Shown: one piece after another, positions 39,411-51,273 of the stretch
Numbering within the stretch: position 1 is the first letter of the stretch
Layout of the letters: each line of letters starts with the position of its first letter
NCBI GenBank assembly: GCA_900772575.1
Contig: CAAHEN010000248.1
Span: 3,346-67,345, forward strand
Direction: 5' to 3'
DNA from: Bacteroidaceae bacterium
GTDB taxonomy: Bacteria > Bacteroidota > Bacteroidia > Bacteroidales > Bacteroidaceae
Length of the DNA: 64,000 bases
The notes under the pieces: generated by a model
Databases searched by the model: none
What the model was told of the DNA's origin: nothing
The model's input: the letters and a program-made list of their open reading frames with translations, nothing else
Position numbers and translations under genes: made by a program

Positions 39411-42002
39411 ATGAACTTTGACAACTTTACGATTAAAGCACAGCAGGCTGTTGACCGCGCCACGCAGAACGGCCAGCAAGCAGTGAGTGCAGTTCACCTG
39501 CTTGCCGGAGTTCTCAGTGTCGGCGAGAATGTGACGCAGTTCATCTTTGGCAAGACGGGCGTCAACGAGCGCACGTTGCAAGCTGCGGTAGATGCTGCAC
39601 TGAAGGGATTGCCGAAGGTGAGCGGCGGCGGACAGCCCTATTTGGACAACGATGCCAACGAGGTCCTACAGAAAGCCCAATCCATCGCACAGAAGGGTGG
39701 CGATAGTTTCGTCGGCTTGGAGCCACTGCTACAGGCATTACTTGACGTCAAGAGCACTGCCTCCCAGATGCTCAAAGACGCCGGACTGACGAGCGAAAGT
39801 CTTGCAACAGCCATTAAGGAGCTTCGAGGTGGCCAGAAAGCCACATCCGCATCAAGCGAAGACACCTACCAAGCATTGTCGAAATATGCACGCAACTTGG
39901 TGGCCGAAGCGCGTGAGGGCAAACTAGATCCAGTCATCGGCCGTGACGAAGAGATCCGAAGGGTCTTACAGATTCTGTCACGTCGAACAAAGAATAATCC
40001 TATTCTTATCGGTGAGCCGGGTACAGGTAAGACTGCCATTGTCGAAGGTTTGGCTCAACGTATCGTACGTGGCGATGTGCCGGAAAATTTGAAAAACAAA
40101 CAGCTCTACTCTCTGGATATGGGCGCACTGGTTGCCGGTGCAAAATATAAAGGTGAGTTTGAGGAACGTCTGAAGAGCGTCATCAACGAGGTGACCAATG
40201 CGGATGGTGAGATCATTCTCTTCATCGATGAAATTCACACCTTGGTAGGCGCAGGCAAGGGCGATGGCGCCATGGACGCCGCCAATATCCTGAAACCGGC
40301 TTTGGCACGTGGTGAGCTGAGAAGCATCGGTGCGACCACACTTGAAGAATATCAGAAATACTTCGAAAAGGACAAGGCACTCGAACGCCGTTTCCAGACT
40401 GTGATGGTGGATGAACCTTCACCGGAAGATGCCATCTCGATTCTTCGTGGCCTGAAAGAACGCTACGAGAACCACCACAAGGTGCGTATTCAGGATGATG
40501 CCATTATTGCGGCAGTCAATCTCTCCCACCGCTATATCACAGATCGCTTCCTTCCGGACAAAGCCATCGACCTCATGGATGAGGCCGCAGCCAAGCTGCG
40601 TATGGAGCGTGACTCACAGCCTGAGGAGCTCGACGAAATCAGCCGTCGCCTGCGCCAGTTAGAAATCGAGCGGGAGGCCATCAAGCGTGAGGGTGATGAA
40701 GCCAAGCTGGCTCAGCTCAACAAGGAAATCTCTGAACTTGAAGAGAAGGAGCGTGACCTGCGCGCCAAGTGGGAGGGCGAGAAAGAGGTGCTCTCCAAGA
40801 TACAGCAGGACAAGCAACAGATCGAGCAACTCAAATTTGAGGCAGACCGCGCAGAACGCGAAGGCGATTATGGCCGCGTAGCTGAGATACGCTACGGCAA
40901 GCTGCGCCAAATTGAGGCTGACATCAAGCAGCAACAAGAACAGCTGCGCCAGCGCCAAGGGGCTGAGGCCATGGTCAAGGAAGAAGTGACGCCCGACGAC
41001 ATCGCAGACGTCGTCAGCCGCTGGACAGGCATCCCTGTCAGCCGTATGCTCCAAAGCGAGCGCGACAAACTGGTTCACCTCGAAGAAGAACTACACAAAC
41101 GTGTGGTAGGCCAAGATGAGGCTATCCAGGCCGTAGCTGATGCCGTTCGCCGTTCACGTGCTGGACTGCAAGATCCGAAACGTCCAATTGGTTCGTTCAT
41201 TTTCCTAGGTACGACGGGCGTCGGCAAGACGGAGCTGGCAAAGGCACTTGCCGAATATCTCTTCAACGATGAGAACATGATGACGCGAATCGATATGAGC
41301 GAATATCAAGAGAAGTTCAGCGTGTCGCGTCTCGTCGGTGCGCCTCCGGGCTACGTCGGTTATGACGAGGGTGGCCAATTGACCGAGGCCGTTCGCCGCA
41401 AGCCATACAGTGTTGTACTCTTCGACGAGATCGAAAAGGCACACCCGGATGTATTCAACATCCTGCTCCAAGTGCTTGACGACGGTCGGCTGACGGACAA
41501 CAAAGGCCGTACAGTCAACTTCAAGAATACCATCATCATCATGACATCAAACCTCGGCTCGGCATACATCCAGAGCAAGTTTGACGAGATGAAACGCAAA
41601 GATGAACGGGAGCGGGAGCGCCTGATTGATGAGACGAAACAAGGGGTACTCGACATGCTGAAGAAGACCATTCGTCCTGAGTTCCTGAACCGTGTCGATG
41701 ACATCATTATGTTCGAGCCGCTCAATGAAGACGAGATTCGGCAGATTGTTCACTTGCAAATAGACTCTATCGTCCGCCGACTTGCTGCCCAAGAAGTCAC
41801 GCTCCACGTTGCAGATGATGCTGTTTCTGTGATAGCCCGTGCAGGCTTTGACCCTGAATTTGGTGCCCGTCCTGTCAAGCGTGCGTTGCAGCACTTGTTG
41901 CTCAACGACTTGAGCAAGGCTCTACTGGCTGGCACTGTTGATAAGACCCGCCCGATTGAGGTTCATGCCAATGGCAATGCACTTAGCTTCGCAAACGCCT
42001 GA
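39411..42002 (+). CDS. clpB: ATP-dependent disaggregase ClpB
   Basis: [27 protein letters not shown], coiled-coil M domain, [23 protein letters not shown]. Confidence 0.97.
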   Translation: MNFDNFTIKAQQAVDRATQNGQQAVSAVHLLAGVLSVGENVTQFIFGKTGVNERTLQAAVDAALKGLPKVSGGGQPYLDNDANEVLQKAQSIAQKGGDSFVGLEPLLQALLDVKSTASQMLKDAGLTSESLATAIKELRGGQKATSASSEDTYQALSKYARNLVAEAREGKLDPVIGRDEEIRRVLQILSRRTKNNPILIGEPGTGKTAIVEGLAQRIVRGDVPENLKNKQLYSLDMGALVAGAKYKGEFEERLKSVINEVTNADGEIILFIDEIHTLVGAGKGDGAMDAANILKPALARGELRSIGATTLEEYQKYFEKDKALERRFQTVMVDEPSPEDAISILRGLKERYENHHKVRIQDDAIIAAVNLSHRYITDRFLPDKAIDLMDEAAAKLRMERDSQPEELDEISRRLRQLEIEREAIKREGDEAKLAQLNKEISELEEKERDLRAKWEGEKEVLSKIQQDKQQIEQLKFEADRAEREGDYGRVAEIRYGKLRQIEADIKQQQEQLRQRQGAEAMVKEEVTPDDIADVVSRWTGIPVSRMLQSERDKLVHLEEELHKRVVGQDEAIQAVADAVRRSRAGLQDPKRPIGSFIFLGTTGVGKTELAKALAEYLFNDENMMTRIDMSEYQEKFSVSRLVGAPPGYVGYDEGGQLTEAVRRKPYSVVLFDEIEKAHPDVFNILLQVLDDGRLTDNKGRTVNFKNTIIIMTSNLGSAYIQSKFDEMKRKDERERERLIDETKQGVLDMLKKTIRPEFLNRVDDIIMFEPLNEDEIRQIVHLQIDSIVRRLAAQEVTLHVADDAVSVIARAGFDPEFGARPVKRALQHLLLNDLSKALLAGTVDKTRPIEVHANGNALSFANA

Positions 42003-42031
42003 CCAAACAGCAATAGAAACTTATGATTTGT

Positions 42032-42080
42032 AAGAAGGGGTTGTGCCGTGAGCAAAATCACGGCGCAGCCCCTTCTTCTT
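42032..42080. terminator. Bidirectional terminator between clpB and the convergent operon
   Basis: AAGAAGGGGTTGTGCCGTGA-GCAAAA-TCACGGCGCAGCCCCTTCTT. Confidence 0.85.
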
Positions 42081-42188
42081 GTAAACTGGATCATACGAAA
42101 CATGCTAGTAATCAATCCGTCTACAATCTTTTGAACTCAAGCTCTCTCTTGTTTCTTACGCGCCATTACCAACAGCAAGTTCATGGCA

Positions 42189-42716
42189 TTAGATAATGCC
42201 CTCATGGATCATCTCCACCGTAGTCCGCCGTGGCTTCTCCTTGACCATTATTTTCAACGGTTGGCCAATGGCCTTGGCCTTCACTTCGAATGTCTCTGTG
42301 CCATTGAAGTAGTCGCGCAAAGCATCACCTGACGATTTGCGAAAGACGAACCTCACCTCGATTTCCGCAGGTTTGATTGTGGCCACTCCAAGCTTCCTCG
42401 TGGTCAGCACAGCCTGTGACCAAACAAGTGTGTAATAGAGTTTGCCATCACGAACGACACGCCCCAATGTACCATTGCGCCTGATCGGAAGCTCTCGTAA
42501 CTGGGCATTCTTAGTTTGTGCTGCCTTCAAGGTCTTGGCACTATGAATAGGTGATGAGGCATAAATGGTATAGGTGACCAGTGTACTGTCGCCGAGAATG
42601 ACCTCCTCGGAACTGGCCGTTATGACTGCGAAGCATGTCACTGCGGGCTTGTCATTTGCCATAAGTGCACAGGAAAAGCCGCAATACAGGCAGACGATTG
42701 ATAGTATTCGGTTCAT
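42189..42716 (-). CDS. Secreted single-domain BatD-like protein
   Basis: Signal peptide; V..G....VTYTIY, DGKLY......AVL....G...I pattern recalling one BatD repeat. Confidence 0.6.
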   Translation of the reverse strand: MNRILSIVCLYCGFSCALMANDKPAVTCFAVITASSEEVILGDSTLVTYTIYASSPIHSAKTLKAAQTKNAQLRELPIRRNGTLGRVVRDGKLYYTLVWSQAVLTTRKLGVATIKPAEIEVRFVFRKSSGDALRDYFNGTETFEVKAKAIGQPLKIMVKEKPRRTTVEMIHEGII

Positions 42717-42801
42717 GATACTGTTTTGACCGTTATGCATATATATTGGAGAACGAGAACAGGCATATCCCCTTCTCTTTGGCACGAGGCCACGAAGACG
42801 G

Positions 42802-44757
42802 TTAAAGCTGAGCGCATTCATCCAGCCAGGCCTTGGAGGTGGCATCGCTCGGCATACGCCAATCACCACGCGGGCTGAGCGAGCAACTACCCACCTTGGG
42901 CCCATCGGGCAAACAGCTGCGCTTGAACTGCTGACTGAAGAAGCGACGGAAGAACGTGGTCAGCCAGTGCTTGACGGTCTGTTCATCATAGTTTTCTACG
43001 CGCTTGTCAGTGCCCGAGAATGCATGACATGCCAACTGATAGATTTTAGACGGCCGGAAGCCATGCCTCAGCACACAATAGAGGAAGAAATCATGCAACT
43101 CATAGGGCCCGACAAGATCCTCGGTCTTTTGGACGATATTTCCCTCAGAGTCAGCGGGTATCAGCTCTGGGCTAATTGGCGTGTCCACGATGTCGAGTAA
43201 GGTTCTACGGCAAAATTCATCCACAACATTGTTTGCTACCCACACCACAAGATGGCGGACGAGTGTTTTGGGCACAGAAGCATTGACGCCATACATGCTC
43301 ATATGATCTCCATTATAAGTGGCCCACCCCAATGCCAGTTCACTCAAATCACCCGTACCGACGACGAAGCCTCCCATCTGGTTAGCAGCGTCCATGAGGA
43401 TCTGCGTTCTCTCTCGGGCCTGTCCGTTTTCATAGGTGACGTCATGCGTCGCGATATCGTGTCCGAGATCCCTGAAATGTGCCTTACAGGCCTCACATAT
43501 ATTAATTTCACGGATAGTGACGCCTAGTCCCTTCATCAAATCGATGGCATTGGTATAAGTGCGGCCTGTCGTGCCAAATCCAGGCATGGTGATGCCGACA
43601 ATCCCGCGACGATCAAGCCCCAAGCGATCGAAAGCATGAACACAGACAAGCAATGCCAGTGTAGAGTCCAGTCCACCGCTGATACCAACGATGACGGTTT
43701 TGGCCCCTGTGTGATGAACACGCTGGGCCAATCCCTCGGACTGTATGCAGAGAATCTCCTCACAGCGCAGATTGAGCTCAGGCCCATCGGGTACAAACGG
43801 CAATGGGTCGACGATACGTGTCAATTGAAGTTCCTTCTGCGACATCTGCGGTTCACTGAGTTCTATCTCCCGGTATGGAGACTCCTTCAACAGCAGTGCA
43901 CAGCCTGTGGCAAATGACGTATTGACGCGTCGCTCGGTACGTAGCCGCTCCACGTCAACCTCGCTGACAATGATCTGCTCATCCATCAAGAACCTCTGTC
44001 CCTCTTCTAGAATGCTGCCGTTTTCAGCAATACAGGCACGTCCTCCGAACACAATATCCTGTGTGCTCTCTCCCCAACCACAAGCACTATAGACATAGCC
44101 TGCGATGCAACGTGCACTTTGCACTTCTATGAGGGACTGAAGGTATTTTGCCTTGCCCACCAGCTCATTGCTGGCACTAAGATTGAAGATGATCTCAGCA
44201 CCGGCAAGGGATAGTCCAGCACTGGGAGGTGTCACAGCCCAGAGATCCTCACAGACCTCAATACCGAAGTGCATGTCGGCATATACAAAGATGAGACGAG
44301 AGGACAGTGGCACGTTCTGTCCGCAAAACCGCAATGTGGCATCAGGCGACAGCGCTGTTCCGGGTGTAAACCAACGTTTCTCGTAGAATTCCTTGTAGTT
44401 GGGCAGAAAGGTCTTTGGCACCAAGCCATGGATTTTGCCGCGTTGCAGAACAGCGGCACAATTGAATAGCATTCCCTGGTAAGCAATGGGCACCCCTACA
44501 ATTGTCACGATGTCCAGATTGCGACTGAACTCCATAAGACGTAGCAAAGAGGCTTCAGCCTCCTCCAGAACGAGCTGTTGCTGGAAGAGGTCTTGGCAAG
44601 TGTAGCCAGTGATGCTTAGCTCTGGGAAGCAGACGATCTCAGCACCCAGTCCCTGCGCCTTGGCCATCAGTGCTTCGACTTGCTCTGTGTTATGGTGGCA
44701 GTCGGCTACACTGACCTTGGGCACAGCAGCCGCAACCTTTATAAAACCATTTTTCAT
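42802..44757 (-). CDS. nadE: Glutamine-dependent NAD+ synthetase
   Basis: Nitrilase domain (FPELSITGY, PNYKEFYE, EVCEDLW) plus GISGGLDST, ENGQARER, GTGDLSE. Confidence 0.96.
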   Translation of the reverse strand: MKNGFIKVAAAVPKVSVADCHHNTEQVEALMAKAQGLGAEIVCFPELSITGYTCQDLFQQQLVLEEAEASLLRLMEFSRNLDIVTIVGVPIAYQGMLFNCAAVLQRGKIHGLVPKTFLPNYKEFYEKRWFTPGTALSPDATLRFCGQNVPLSSRLIFVYADMHFGIEVCEDLWAVTPPSAGLSLAGAEIIFNLSASNELVGKAKYLQSLIEVQSARCIAGYVYSACGWGESTQDIVFGGRACIAENGSILEEGQRFLMDEQIIVSEVDVERLRTERRVNTSFATGCALLLKESPYREIELSEPQMSQKELQLTRIVDPLPFVPDGPELNLRCEEILCIQSEGLAQRVHHTGAKTVIVGISGGLDSTLALLVCVHAFDRLGLDRRGIVGITMPGFGTTGRTYTNAIDLMKGLGVTIREINICEACKAHFRDLGHDIATHDVTYENGQARERTQILMDAANQMGGFVVGTGDLSELALGWATYNGDHMSMYGVNASVPKTLVRHLVVWVANNVVDEFCRRTLLDIVDTPISPELIPADSEGNIVQKTEDLVGPYELHDFFLYCVLRHGFRPSKIYQLACHAFSGTDKRVENYDEQTVKHWLTTFFRRFFSQQFKRSCLPDGPKVGSCSLSPRGDWRMPSDATSKAWLDECAQL

Positions 44758-44892
44758 TGTAAGCTATACTTTAGTGAACACCTCCATGCTGCACCGCCTA
44801 AAGATGTATCGGCACATCAAATGAAGAGGTCATAAAATGCAACAGCAGTCCTGCCTAGCCTAGTAAGGCATGGAAGAACAGATATGAAAGTA

Positions 44893-44931
44893 AGATGCGT
44901 GGAGACGTATATCAACGCCAACCACGCATCT
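44893..44931 (-). terminator. Hairpin after aspS
   Basis: AGATGCGTGG ... CCACGCATCT 10-bp inverted repeat 10 nt after the aspS stop. Confidence 0.55.
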
Positions 44932-44941
44932 CAATATATTG

Positions 44942-46714
44942 TCATTTGCTCGTCTGCTGTGGCCGCAAATCGAGGCAAAGTTCATCGAGCTGCTTCTGAT
45001 CTACGCGTGAAGGCGCGTCAAGCATGACGTCACGGCCAGAGTTGTTCTTCGGGAAAGCGATGCAGTCGCGTATACTATCGAGTCCCGCAAACAAGGAGAC
45101 CCAACGATCAAGGCCATAAGCTAAACCGCCATGAGGGGGTGCCCCATATTTGAAGGCATTCATCAGGAAGCCGAACTGCTCCTGAGCACGCTCTGGTGTA
45201 AAGCCCAACACCTTGAATATCTTTGCCTGCAAAACGGCATCATGGATACGAATGCTCCCGCCACCGACCTCAACGCCATTGCATACCATGTCGTAGGCAT
45301 CAGCCAATACAGAAGCAGGATCAGTGTCAAGTTTGGGTATATCACAGGGCTTTGGCGACGTAAACGGATGGTGCATGGCCATAAGGCGGCCCTCTTCTTC
45401 ACTCCACTCAAACATTGGGAAGTCAACGACCCAAAGCAAGGCAAACTTGTTCTTATCGCGCAATCCGAGGCGTGTGCCCATTTCCAAGCGCAACTCACAA
45501 AGTTGCTTACGTGCCTTCATCGCGTCAGGGCCAGAAATAATGAGAATAAGGTCACCCGGCTTGGCCGACATCTTTTCTTTCAGTGCATCCAGCACCTCAG
45601 GAGTATAGAATTTATCCACAGAGCTCTTGAGCGTACCGTCCTCTTGGACACGGGCGTAAACTAACCCCTTGGCACCAATCTGTGGCGACTTCACGAAATC
45701 TGTCAGTTGATCAAGTTGCTTACGCGTATAATGCGCACATCCCTCAGCACAGATGCCGCCAATATATACCGCATCGTTGAAGACAGGGAACGTCCCCGTG
45801 CCTTTAAGGATTTCCATCAACTCGACAAATTCCATGCCGAAGCGCATGTCCGGCTTGTCAGACCCGAAACGTTTCATCGCTTCACTCCAAGGCAGACGCA
45901 AGAAAGGCTGTTCGCCCAGATCATAGCCACGCACCTCCTTGAACAAATGCTTCGCCATCTCCTCAAACAGGCAAATGATATCATCCTGCTCCACGAATGA
46001 CATTTCGCAATCGATCTGTGTGAACTCCGGTTGTCTGTCGGCACGCAAATCTTCATCACGGAAGCACTTGACAATCTGGAAATAGCGATCCATACCAGCC
46101 ACCATAAGCAGTTGCTTCAACGTCTGTGGACTTTGCGGCAAGGCATAGAACTGTCCGGGATTCATGCGAGACGGCACAATGAAGTCACGGGCCCCCTCTG
46201 GCGTTGAGCCCACAAGCACCGGCGTTTCGATCTCCAAGAAACCCTTGGCATCAAGAAAATGACGAACGGCCAAGCAGAACTTGTGCCGCAACTCAAGATT
46301 GGCCCTCACATTCTGCCGCCGCAAATCAAGGTAGCGGTATTTCATGCGCAGATCATCGCCACCGTCTGTATTCTCCTCTATCGTAAATGGGGGCACGTCT
46401 GAGACATTCAGCACGGTCAACTCTGAAACTATGATCTCTATATCACCCGTAGACAGTTTGTCGTTCTTTGCATACCGTTCATTGACTATGCCCTTTACCT
46501 GAATAACGTATTCGCGGCCGAGCTTGTTGGCTTCGTCGCACAGATCAGCATCGGCCTGCTCATTGAAAACAAGTTGCGTAATGCCATAACGATCACGCAG
46601 GTCTACAAACGTCATTCCACCCATTTTGCGACTGCGCTGCACCCAACCGGCGAGCGTCACCCGCTCACCGGCGTTTGCCAAACGCAGCTCGCCACATGTC
46701 TTTGTCCTATACAT
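44942..46714 (-). CDS. aspS: Aspartate--tRNA ligase
   Basis: [58 protein letters not shown]...GLDR. Confidence 0.98.
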   Translation of the reverse strand: MYRTKTCGELRLANAGERVTLAGWVQRSRKMGGMTFVDLRDRYGITQLVFNEQADADLCDEANKLGREYVIQVKGIVNERYAKNDKLSTGDIEIIVSELTVLNVSDVPPFTIEENTDGGDDLRMKYRYLDLRRQNVRANLELRHKFCLAVRHFLDAKGFLEIETPVLVGSTPEGARDFIVPSRMNPGQFYALPQSPQTLKQLLMVAGMDRYFQIVKCFRDEDLRADRQPEFTQIDCEMSFVEQDDIICLFEEMAKHLFKEVRGYDLGEQPFLRLPWSEAMKRFGSDKPDMRFGMEFVELMEILKGTGTFPVFNDAVYIGGICAEGCAHYTRKQLDQLTDFVKSPQIGAKGLVYARVQEDGTLKSSVDKFYTPEVLDALKEKMSAKPGDLILIISGPDAMKARKQLCELRLEMGTRLGLRDKNKFALLWVVDFPMFEWSEEEGRLMAMHHPFTSPKPCDIPKLDTDPASVLADAYDMVCNGVEVGGGSIRIHDAVLQAKIFKVLGFTPERAQEQFGFLMNAFKYGAPPHGGLAYGLDRWVSLFAGLDSIRDCIAFPKNNSGRDVMLDAPSRVDQKQLDELCLDLRPQQTSK

Positions 46715-46792
46715 CTTTGATGTTTATATTGATGGTAGTTATTTATCTATTGCCGAATAGGCCTCTGCCCTAACAAGGTGCGAATTTAATAT

Positions 46793-47887
46793 TTATCTTT
46801 GGGATGATGAAAGCGGCTTTTGTTTTTTATCATATTGGCGCTTGTCCAATCGGTCACGGAAGGCGGCAATCGCAGCCTCTGCTGTTTGAACCGCCGCTTC
46901 AAGAGGAAATGGCAATTCACCGCCAGACGCGTTGAGATGTCCACCACCATTGAAAAACCGCTCAGCCATTTCATTGCAGGGAAAATCATCTACAGAGCGC
47001 AGCGACACCCGCACGACATCCAACTCCGTATCTTCGCGCAACGAGATGCTTAGGCGCATGCCTTTCACCTGCAACGGCATATTCACCAAACCTTCTGAAT
47101 CTCCACGTATATAATTAAAGCGTTTCATCTCTTCACGGGTAACCGTGAAGATGCTGGCATGGTGATTCTCGTAGAAGCGGAGCTTCTCATTGAGGACATA
47201 GCCGATGAAGCGAAGCCTATGCTCCGAATAGTTGTTGTAGACATTGCGATATATCTTATCCTTGTCTATGCCCTTCTGTAGAAGCAGGGCTATTATATAG
47301 AATATCTCAGGATTGGCCGAGTTGTAAGTAAAAGCTCCTGTATCCGTCATCATGCCCGTATAGATGCAGGTTGCTGCTGCCGGTGTCAGGTTATCATACC
47401 CTCCGAGCTGAAGAACGAGTCGGAACACGAGTTCACACGTTGAGCTTGCTTGAGGATTGGAAATGATCAGTCTGGCCGCGCGCACATCTGGATCCAGATG
47501 GTGATCGATCATGATACGATCCGCTTTCGCCTTGCCAATAACATCCCCCATTGCTTTCACACGAGAGAGGGTTCCGAAGTCCAGCAGAAATATCAGATCT
47601 GCGGCATTTATCAATTCGGCAGCAGCGGTCTCATGGCCGTCATAGAAAGAGATGTTAGAGCTTCCCGGTAGCCAACGCAGAAAATCCGGATAAGGATTCG
47701 GCATAATGACATTCACACGTTTACCCAGCCCACGCAAATAGCTCGCCAGACTTAGGGTCGACCCGACAGCGTCACCATCGGGTCCCCGATGAGCACACAA
47801 AACGATACGCGAAGCCGATCTTATCGTTTTCATAAGCTCAAAAATCTCAGATTCTGAAAGTAAGGGAGTCAGTTCCATCGGTTGCAT
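46793..47887 (-). CDS. DHH/DHHA1 phosphoesterase (NrnA-like)
   Basis: H..PDGDA.GS, IDHH, TDTG.F, SLRS, GGGHLNASG. Confidence 0.92.
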   Translation of the reverse strand: MQPMELTPLLSESEIFELMKTIRSASRIVLCAHRGPDGDAVGSTLSLASYLRGLGKRVNVIMPNPYPDFLRWLPGSSNISFYDGHETAAAELINAADLIFLLDFGTLSRVKAMGDVIGKAKADRIMIDHHLDPDVRAARLIISNPQASSTCELVFRLVLQLGGYDNLTPAAATCIYTGMMTDTGAFTYNSANPEIFYIIALLLQKGIDKDKIYRNVYNNYSEHRLRFIGYVLNEKLRFYENHHASIFTVTREEMKRFNYIRGDSEGLVNMPLQVKGMRLSISLREDTELDVVRVSLRSVDDFPCNEMAERFFNGGGHLNASGGELPFPLEAAVQTAEAAIAAFRDRLDKRQYDKKQKPLSSSQR

Positions 47888-47897
47888 AGAGTTTTAA

Positions 47898-48548
47898 TCA
47901 TTTCAATGCCTTGAGCGCCAAAATCTCTGCGGCAGGATCCGCAGCCCCAAAAACAGAGCTGCCAGCCACAAGCACATCTGCACCGGCTTTCACCAAACGC
48001 AATCCCGTCTCACGATTCACCCCGCCATCGATTTCTATAAGTGCCTTCGAACCGCGTCGGTCAATAAGTTCTCGCAACCGTGCGGTCTTTTCTACACTGT
48101 GCTCAATGAAACGCTGGCCACCGAAGCCTGGATTGACCGACATCAGCATGACCAGATCCAAGTCATCCAATATATCCTCCAAGAGTATGACTGGCGTATG
48201 CGGATTTAGCGTCACTCCCGCCATCATACCGGCAGATTTTATCTGCTGGATTACACGATGCAAGTGAACACATGCTTCGTAATGAACGTTCATGATTTTT
48301 GTCCCTAGGGACTTTATCTGATCTACAAATTTCTCTGGACGCTCTATCATCAAATGCACATCCAGCGGCTTCTTGGCAACTTTCGCTATCGCCTCAATCA
48401 CGGGGAAGCCAAATGAAATATTGGGCACAAAGACGCCATCCATCACATCCAAGTGGTACCAGTCTGCCGCGCTGCCGTTGAGCAACTCAACATCACGATT
48501 CAATTGGCCGAAGTCGGCAGATAACAAAGAGGGAGATATCAGTGGCAT
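47898..48548 (-). CDS. rpe: Ribulose-phosphate 3-epimerase
   Basis: SPSLLSADF, HLDVMDGVFVPN, DVHLM, MSVNPGFGGQ, IEIDGG. Confidence 0.96.
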   Translation of the reverse strand: MPLISPSLLSADFGQLNRDVELLNGSAADWYHLDVMDGVFVPNISFGFPVIEAIAKVAKKPLDVHLMIERPEKFVDQIKSLGTKIMNVHYEACVHLHRVIQQIKSAGMMAGVTLNPHTPVILLEDILDDLDLVMLMSVNPGFGGQRFIEHSVEKTARLRELIDRRGSKALIEIDGGVNRETGLRLVKAGADVLVAGSSVFGAADPAAEILALKALK

Positions 48549-48583
48549 TCTATTGATTTTATATTTGTGGCTATTGCAATGTG

Positions 48584-49882
48584 TCATTCAAACCGAATGG
48601 ATTTTGCCGGGCGTATGCGTGAAATGACGAGGCTCGGTATAAGCAAGGCTAAGACACAAAGCAGCAACGTGCCGATGTTGAGTCCCGCTATCCACCACAG
48701 GTCGATGTGTACCGGAGCCTCCGCGACATGGTATGTGGCAGGGTTGAGCTTTATGACTCCCCATGTTTTTTGAACCACGACTAGCCCTAGTCCGAGGACA
48801 TTACCCCAGAACAGGCCACGGACGACAATGAGGGAGGCATAGATAATGAAGGTCTGCCTGATGCGCGAGTTTGTAGCCCCCAACGCCTTAAGGACTCCGA
48901 TGGTCTGCGTACGCTCCAAAATGAGAATCAGCAACCCGCTTATCATCGTAAAGCCTGCAACGACCCCCATCAAGCCAAGGATAATCCAGACATTCATATC
49001 TAGCAATGAGACCCATTGGATAACCGATGACGTACGTGGATTTTTCTTCATAGACAATGTATTATAGATCCCGCCATATGGGTCTTTACAGTGCTTCAGC
49101 CTGTCAACGAGTTGTTGCTGAGTCGGGTCATAATAGTCGTATGTGACATTTTTCTGCATAGGGTCATTGTCCTCACATGCATAGTTAAAATCTTTCACGT
49201 AGACTTCTAAATCCGAGGACTGCTCCTCAGTCCAACCATTGAGTTTGTTGACCGTCGCGCGGTCTGTCCAGACGAAATAATCATCAAACTGTTCGAAGTT
49301 TGTCTCATAGATGCCCGTCACCACAAACCGTCGCATACGAATGTCATCCGAGAAGAAGTAGGCATAGACCTTGCTGCCTATGTCTATGCCCAAATCACTC
49401 GCCTGTTTCTTAGATATCAGAATTTCATTGCGTTCTCCAGACAAGTCGGGGAAGCGACCTCGCGTGATTTGTGATTTAATAAAGGTCAGGTCATAGTCTT
49501 TCCCCACTCCTTTCAGCACAATATTCTGGAATGCGTTATCCGTCTTTAGAATACCCATCTTCAGGGAAACGCGTTGCACACGCTGGACATTCCCAACTTG
49601 TCTCAGTTGCCGGATCAAAGAAGAAGGTGTATAAATGGGATAGCTTTCGGGCGAGGCAAAGGAACGGACATCCAGAACCTCCACGTGCGCTGTAAAACCA
49701 GACAGCTTCGAACGCAGCTCATTCTGGAATCCCTTGACTACACAGATTGAAATTATCATCACAGCCAAGCCCACCGCGACACCAGCCGCAGCTATATATA
49801 TGGCCAATTTGCTGGCTCGGCGCTTCCGGTCACGCCCAGCACTACGGTAGAAGCGGCTGGCTAGAAAGAATGGTAATGACAT
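48584..49882 (-). CDS. LolC/E-like (MacB/FtsX) ABC permease
   Basis: N-terminal TM helix, large periplasmic domain, ILERTQTIGVLKALGA, C-terminal IRPAKSIRFE. Confidence 0.85.
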   Translation of the reverse strand: MSLPFFLASRFYRSAGRDRKRRASKLAIYIAAAGVAVGLAVMIISICVVKGFQNELRSKLSGFTAHVEVLDVRSFASPESYPIYTPSSLIRQLRQVGNVQRVQRVSLKMGILKTDNAFQNIVLKGVGKDYDLTFIKSQITRGRFPDLSGERNEILISKKQASDLGIDIGSKVYAYFFSDDIRMRRFVVTGIYETNFEQFDDYFVWTDRATVNKLNGWTEEQSSDLEVYVKDFNYACEDNDPMQKNVTYDYYDPTQQQLVDRLKHCKDPYGGIYNTLSMKKNPRTSSVIQWVSLLDMNVWIILGLMGVVAGFTMISGLLILILERTQTIGVLKALGATNSRIRQTFIIYASLIVVRGLFWGNVLGLGLVVVQKTWGVIKLNPATYHVAEAPVHIDLWWIAGLNIGTLLLCVLALLIPSLVISRIRPAKSIRFE

Positions 49883-49940
49883 GCTCAAACAATCTATATT
49901 ACAAGTGAACACAGCCTTTCGGCTATATTTATGTTTCCAG

Positions 49941-51140
49941 TCATGATGTACGGCCAGGATATGCTTCCAAGGCTTTCTTCAGAACCAGCAACGCGTCTGT
50001 CAAGTCTTCCTTGTTCAGCACATAGGCGATGCGCACTTGGTCACGTCCGGCCCCCTCCGTCGTATAGAAGCCTGCGGCGGGCGCCATCATCACCGTTCGT
50101 CCTTCGAAATTGAAATCAGTCAGACACCACGCACAGAAGCGTTCGGCGTCGTCGACGGGTAATTTTGCGACAGTGTAGAATGCTCCCATCGGTATTGGCG
50201 AATACACCCCGGGTATGCGATTCAATCCGTCAATCAGACATTTACGACGTTCGACATATTCCTCATATACATCAAGCGCATAATCCGCGGACGCATCGAG
50301 CGAAGCCTCTGCGACCAGTTGTCCCAGCAGAGGAGGACTCAGCCTGGCCTGACAGAATTTCATCACCGCGGCACGCACCTCTTCATTCTTTGTTATCAAT
50401 GCCCCAATGCGTATGCCACACTCGCTATAGCGTTTTGACACAGAGTCTATCAGTACGACATTATTCTCTATGCCCTCCAGATGGCAAGCTGAAATATATG
50501 GAGATCCTGTATAGATGAATTCACGATAGACCTCATCCGAAAAGAGGTAGAGGTCATACTTCTTTACAAGATCACGTATCTGATTCATCTCTCTGCGTGT
50601 ATAGAGATAGCCTGTCGGGTTATTGGGATTGCATATCAATATGGCACGTGTACGCTCATTGATAAGTTCCTCGAATTTTTCGACCTTCGGCAACGAGAAC
50701 CCTTCTTCGATAGTTGTCGCTATAGTCCGAATCTTCGCTCCAGCAGATATGGCAAATGCCATGTAATTCGCATAAGCGGGCTCTGGGACAATGATTTCGT
50801 CACCGGGATTCAGGCAAGACAGGAAAGCGAACAATACTGCCTCAGAACCGCCTGCGGTGATGATAATGTCGTCTGGTTCCAGATGGATATTATATTTGGC
50901 ATAGTAGCCTGTGAGCTTCTTCCTATAGCTATAAAAGCCTTGGCTTGGGCTATACTCCAACACCGTCCGGTCAATATGTGAAAGCACATCCAACCCTGCT
51001 TGCGGCGTAGGGAGGTCTGGCTGACCAATATTCAGATGGTATACATGAACCCCCCGTTCCTTTGCAGCTGACGCTAATGGAGCTAATTTCCTGATTGGAG
51101 AAGCCGGCATTTCAATTGCCCGCTGAGATATATGTGGCAT
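49941..51140 (-). CDS. Class I/II PLP-dependent aminotransferase
   Basis: LNIGQPD, NPNNPTG, SDEVY, SVSKRYSECGIRIG. Confidence 0.92.
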   Translation of the reverse strand: MPHISQRAIEMPASPIRKLAPLASAAKERGVHVYHLNIGQPDLPTPQAGLDVLSHIDRTVLEYSPSQGFYSYRKKLTGYYAKYNIHLEPDDIIITAGGSEAVLFAFLSCLNPGDEIIVPEPAYANYMAFAISAGAKIRTIATTIEEGFSLPKVEKFEELINERTRAILICNPNNPTGYLYTRREMNQIRDLVKKYDLYLFSDEVYREFIYTGSPYISACHLEGIENNVVLIDSVSKRYSECGIRIGALITKNEEVRAAVMKFCQARLSPPLLGQLVAEASLDASADYALDVYEEYVERRKCLIDGLNRIPGVYSPIPMGAFYTVAKLPVDDAERFCAWCLTDFNFEGRTVMMAPAAGFYTTEGAGRDQVRIAYVLNKEDLTDALLVLKKALEAYPGRTS

Positions 51141-51273
51141 TTCTTTACTTGCTTTACTCATGCAAATTTAGCGAAAACAGCCGATTGGGGAAAGGCTGCC
51201 ATTGTTTTTGTTCCCAAGCCCTGAGAAATCGTCAGTATGAGAGAAATTGCATCCCCCGTCACAACGGCACCAT

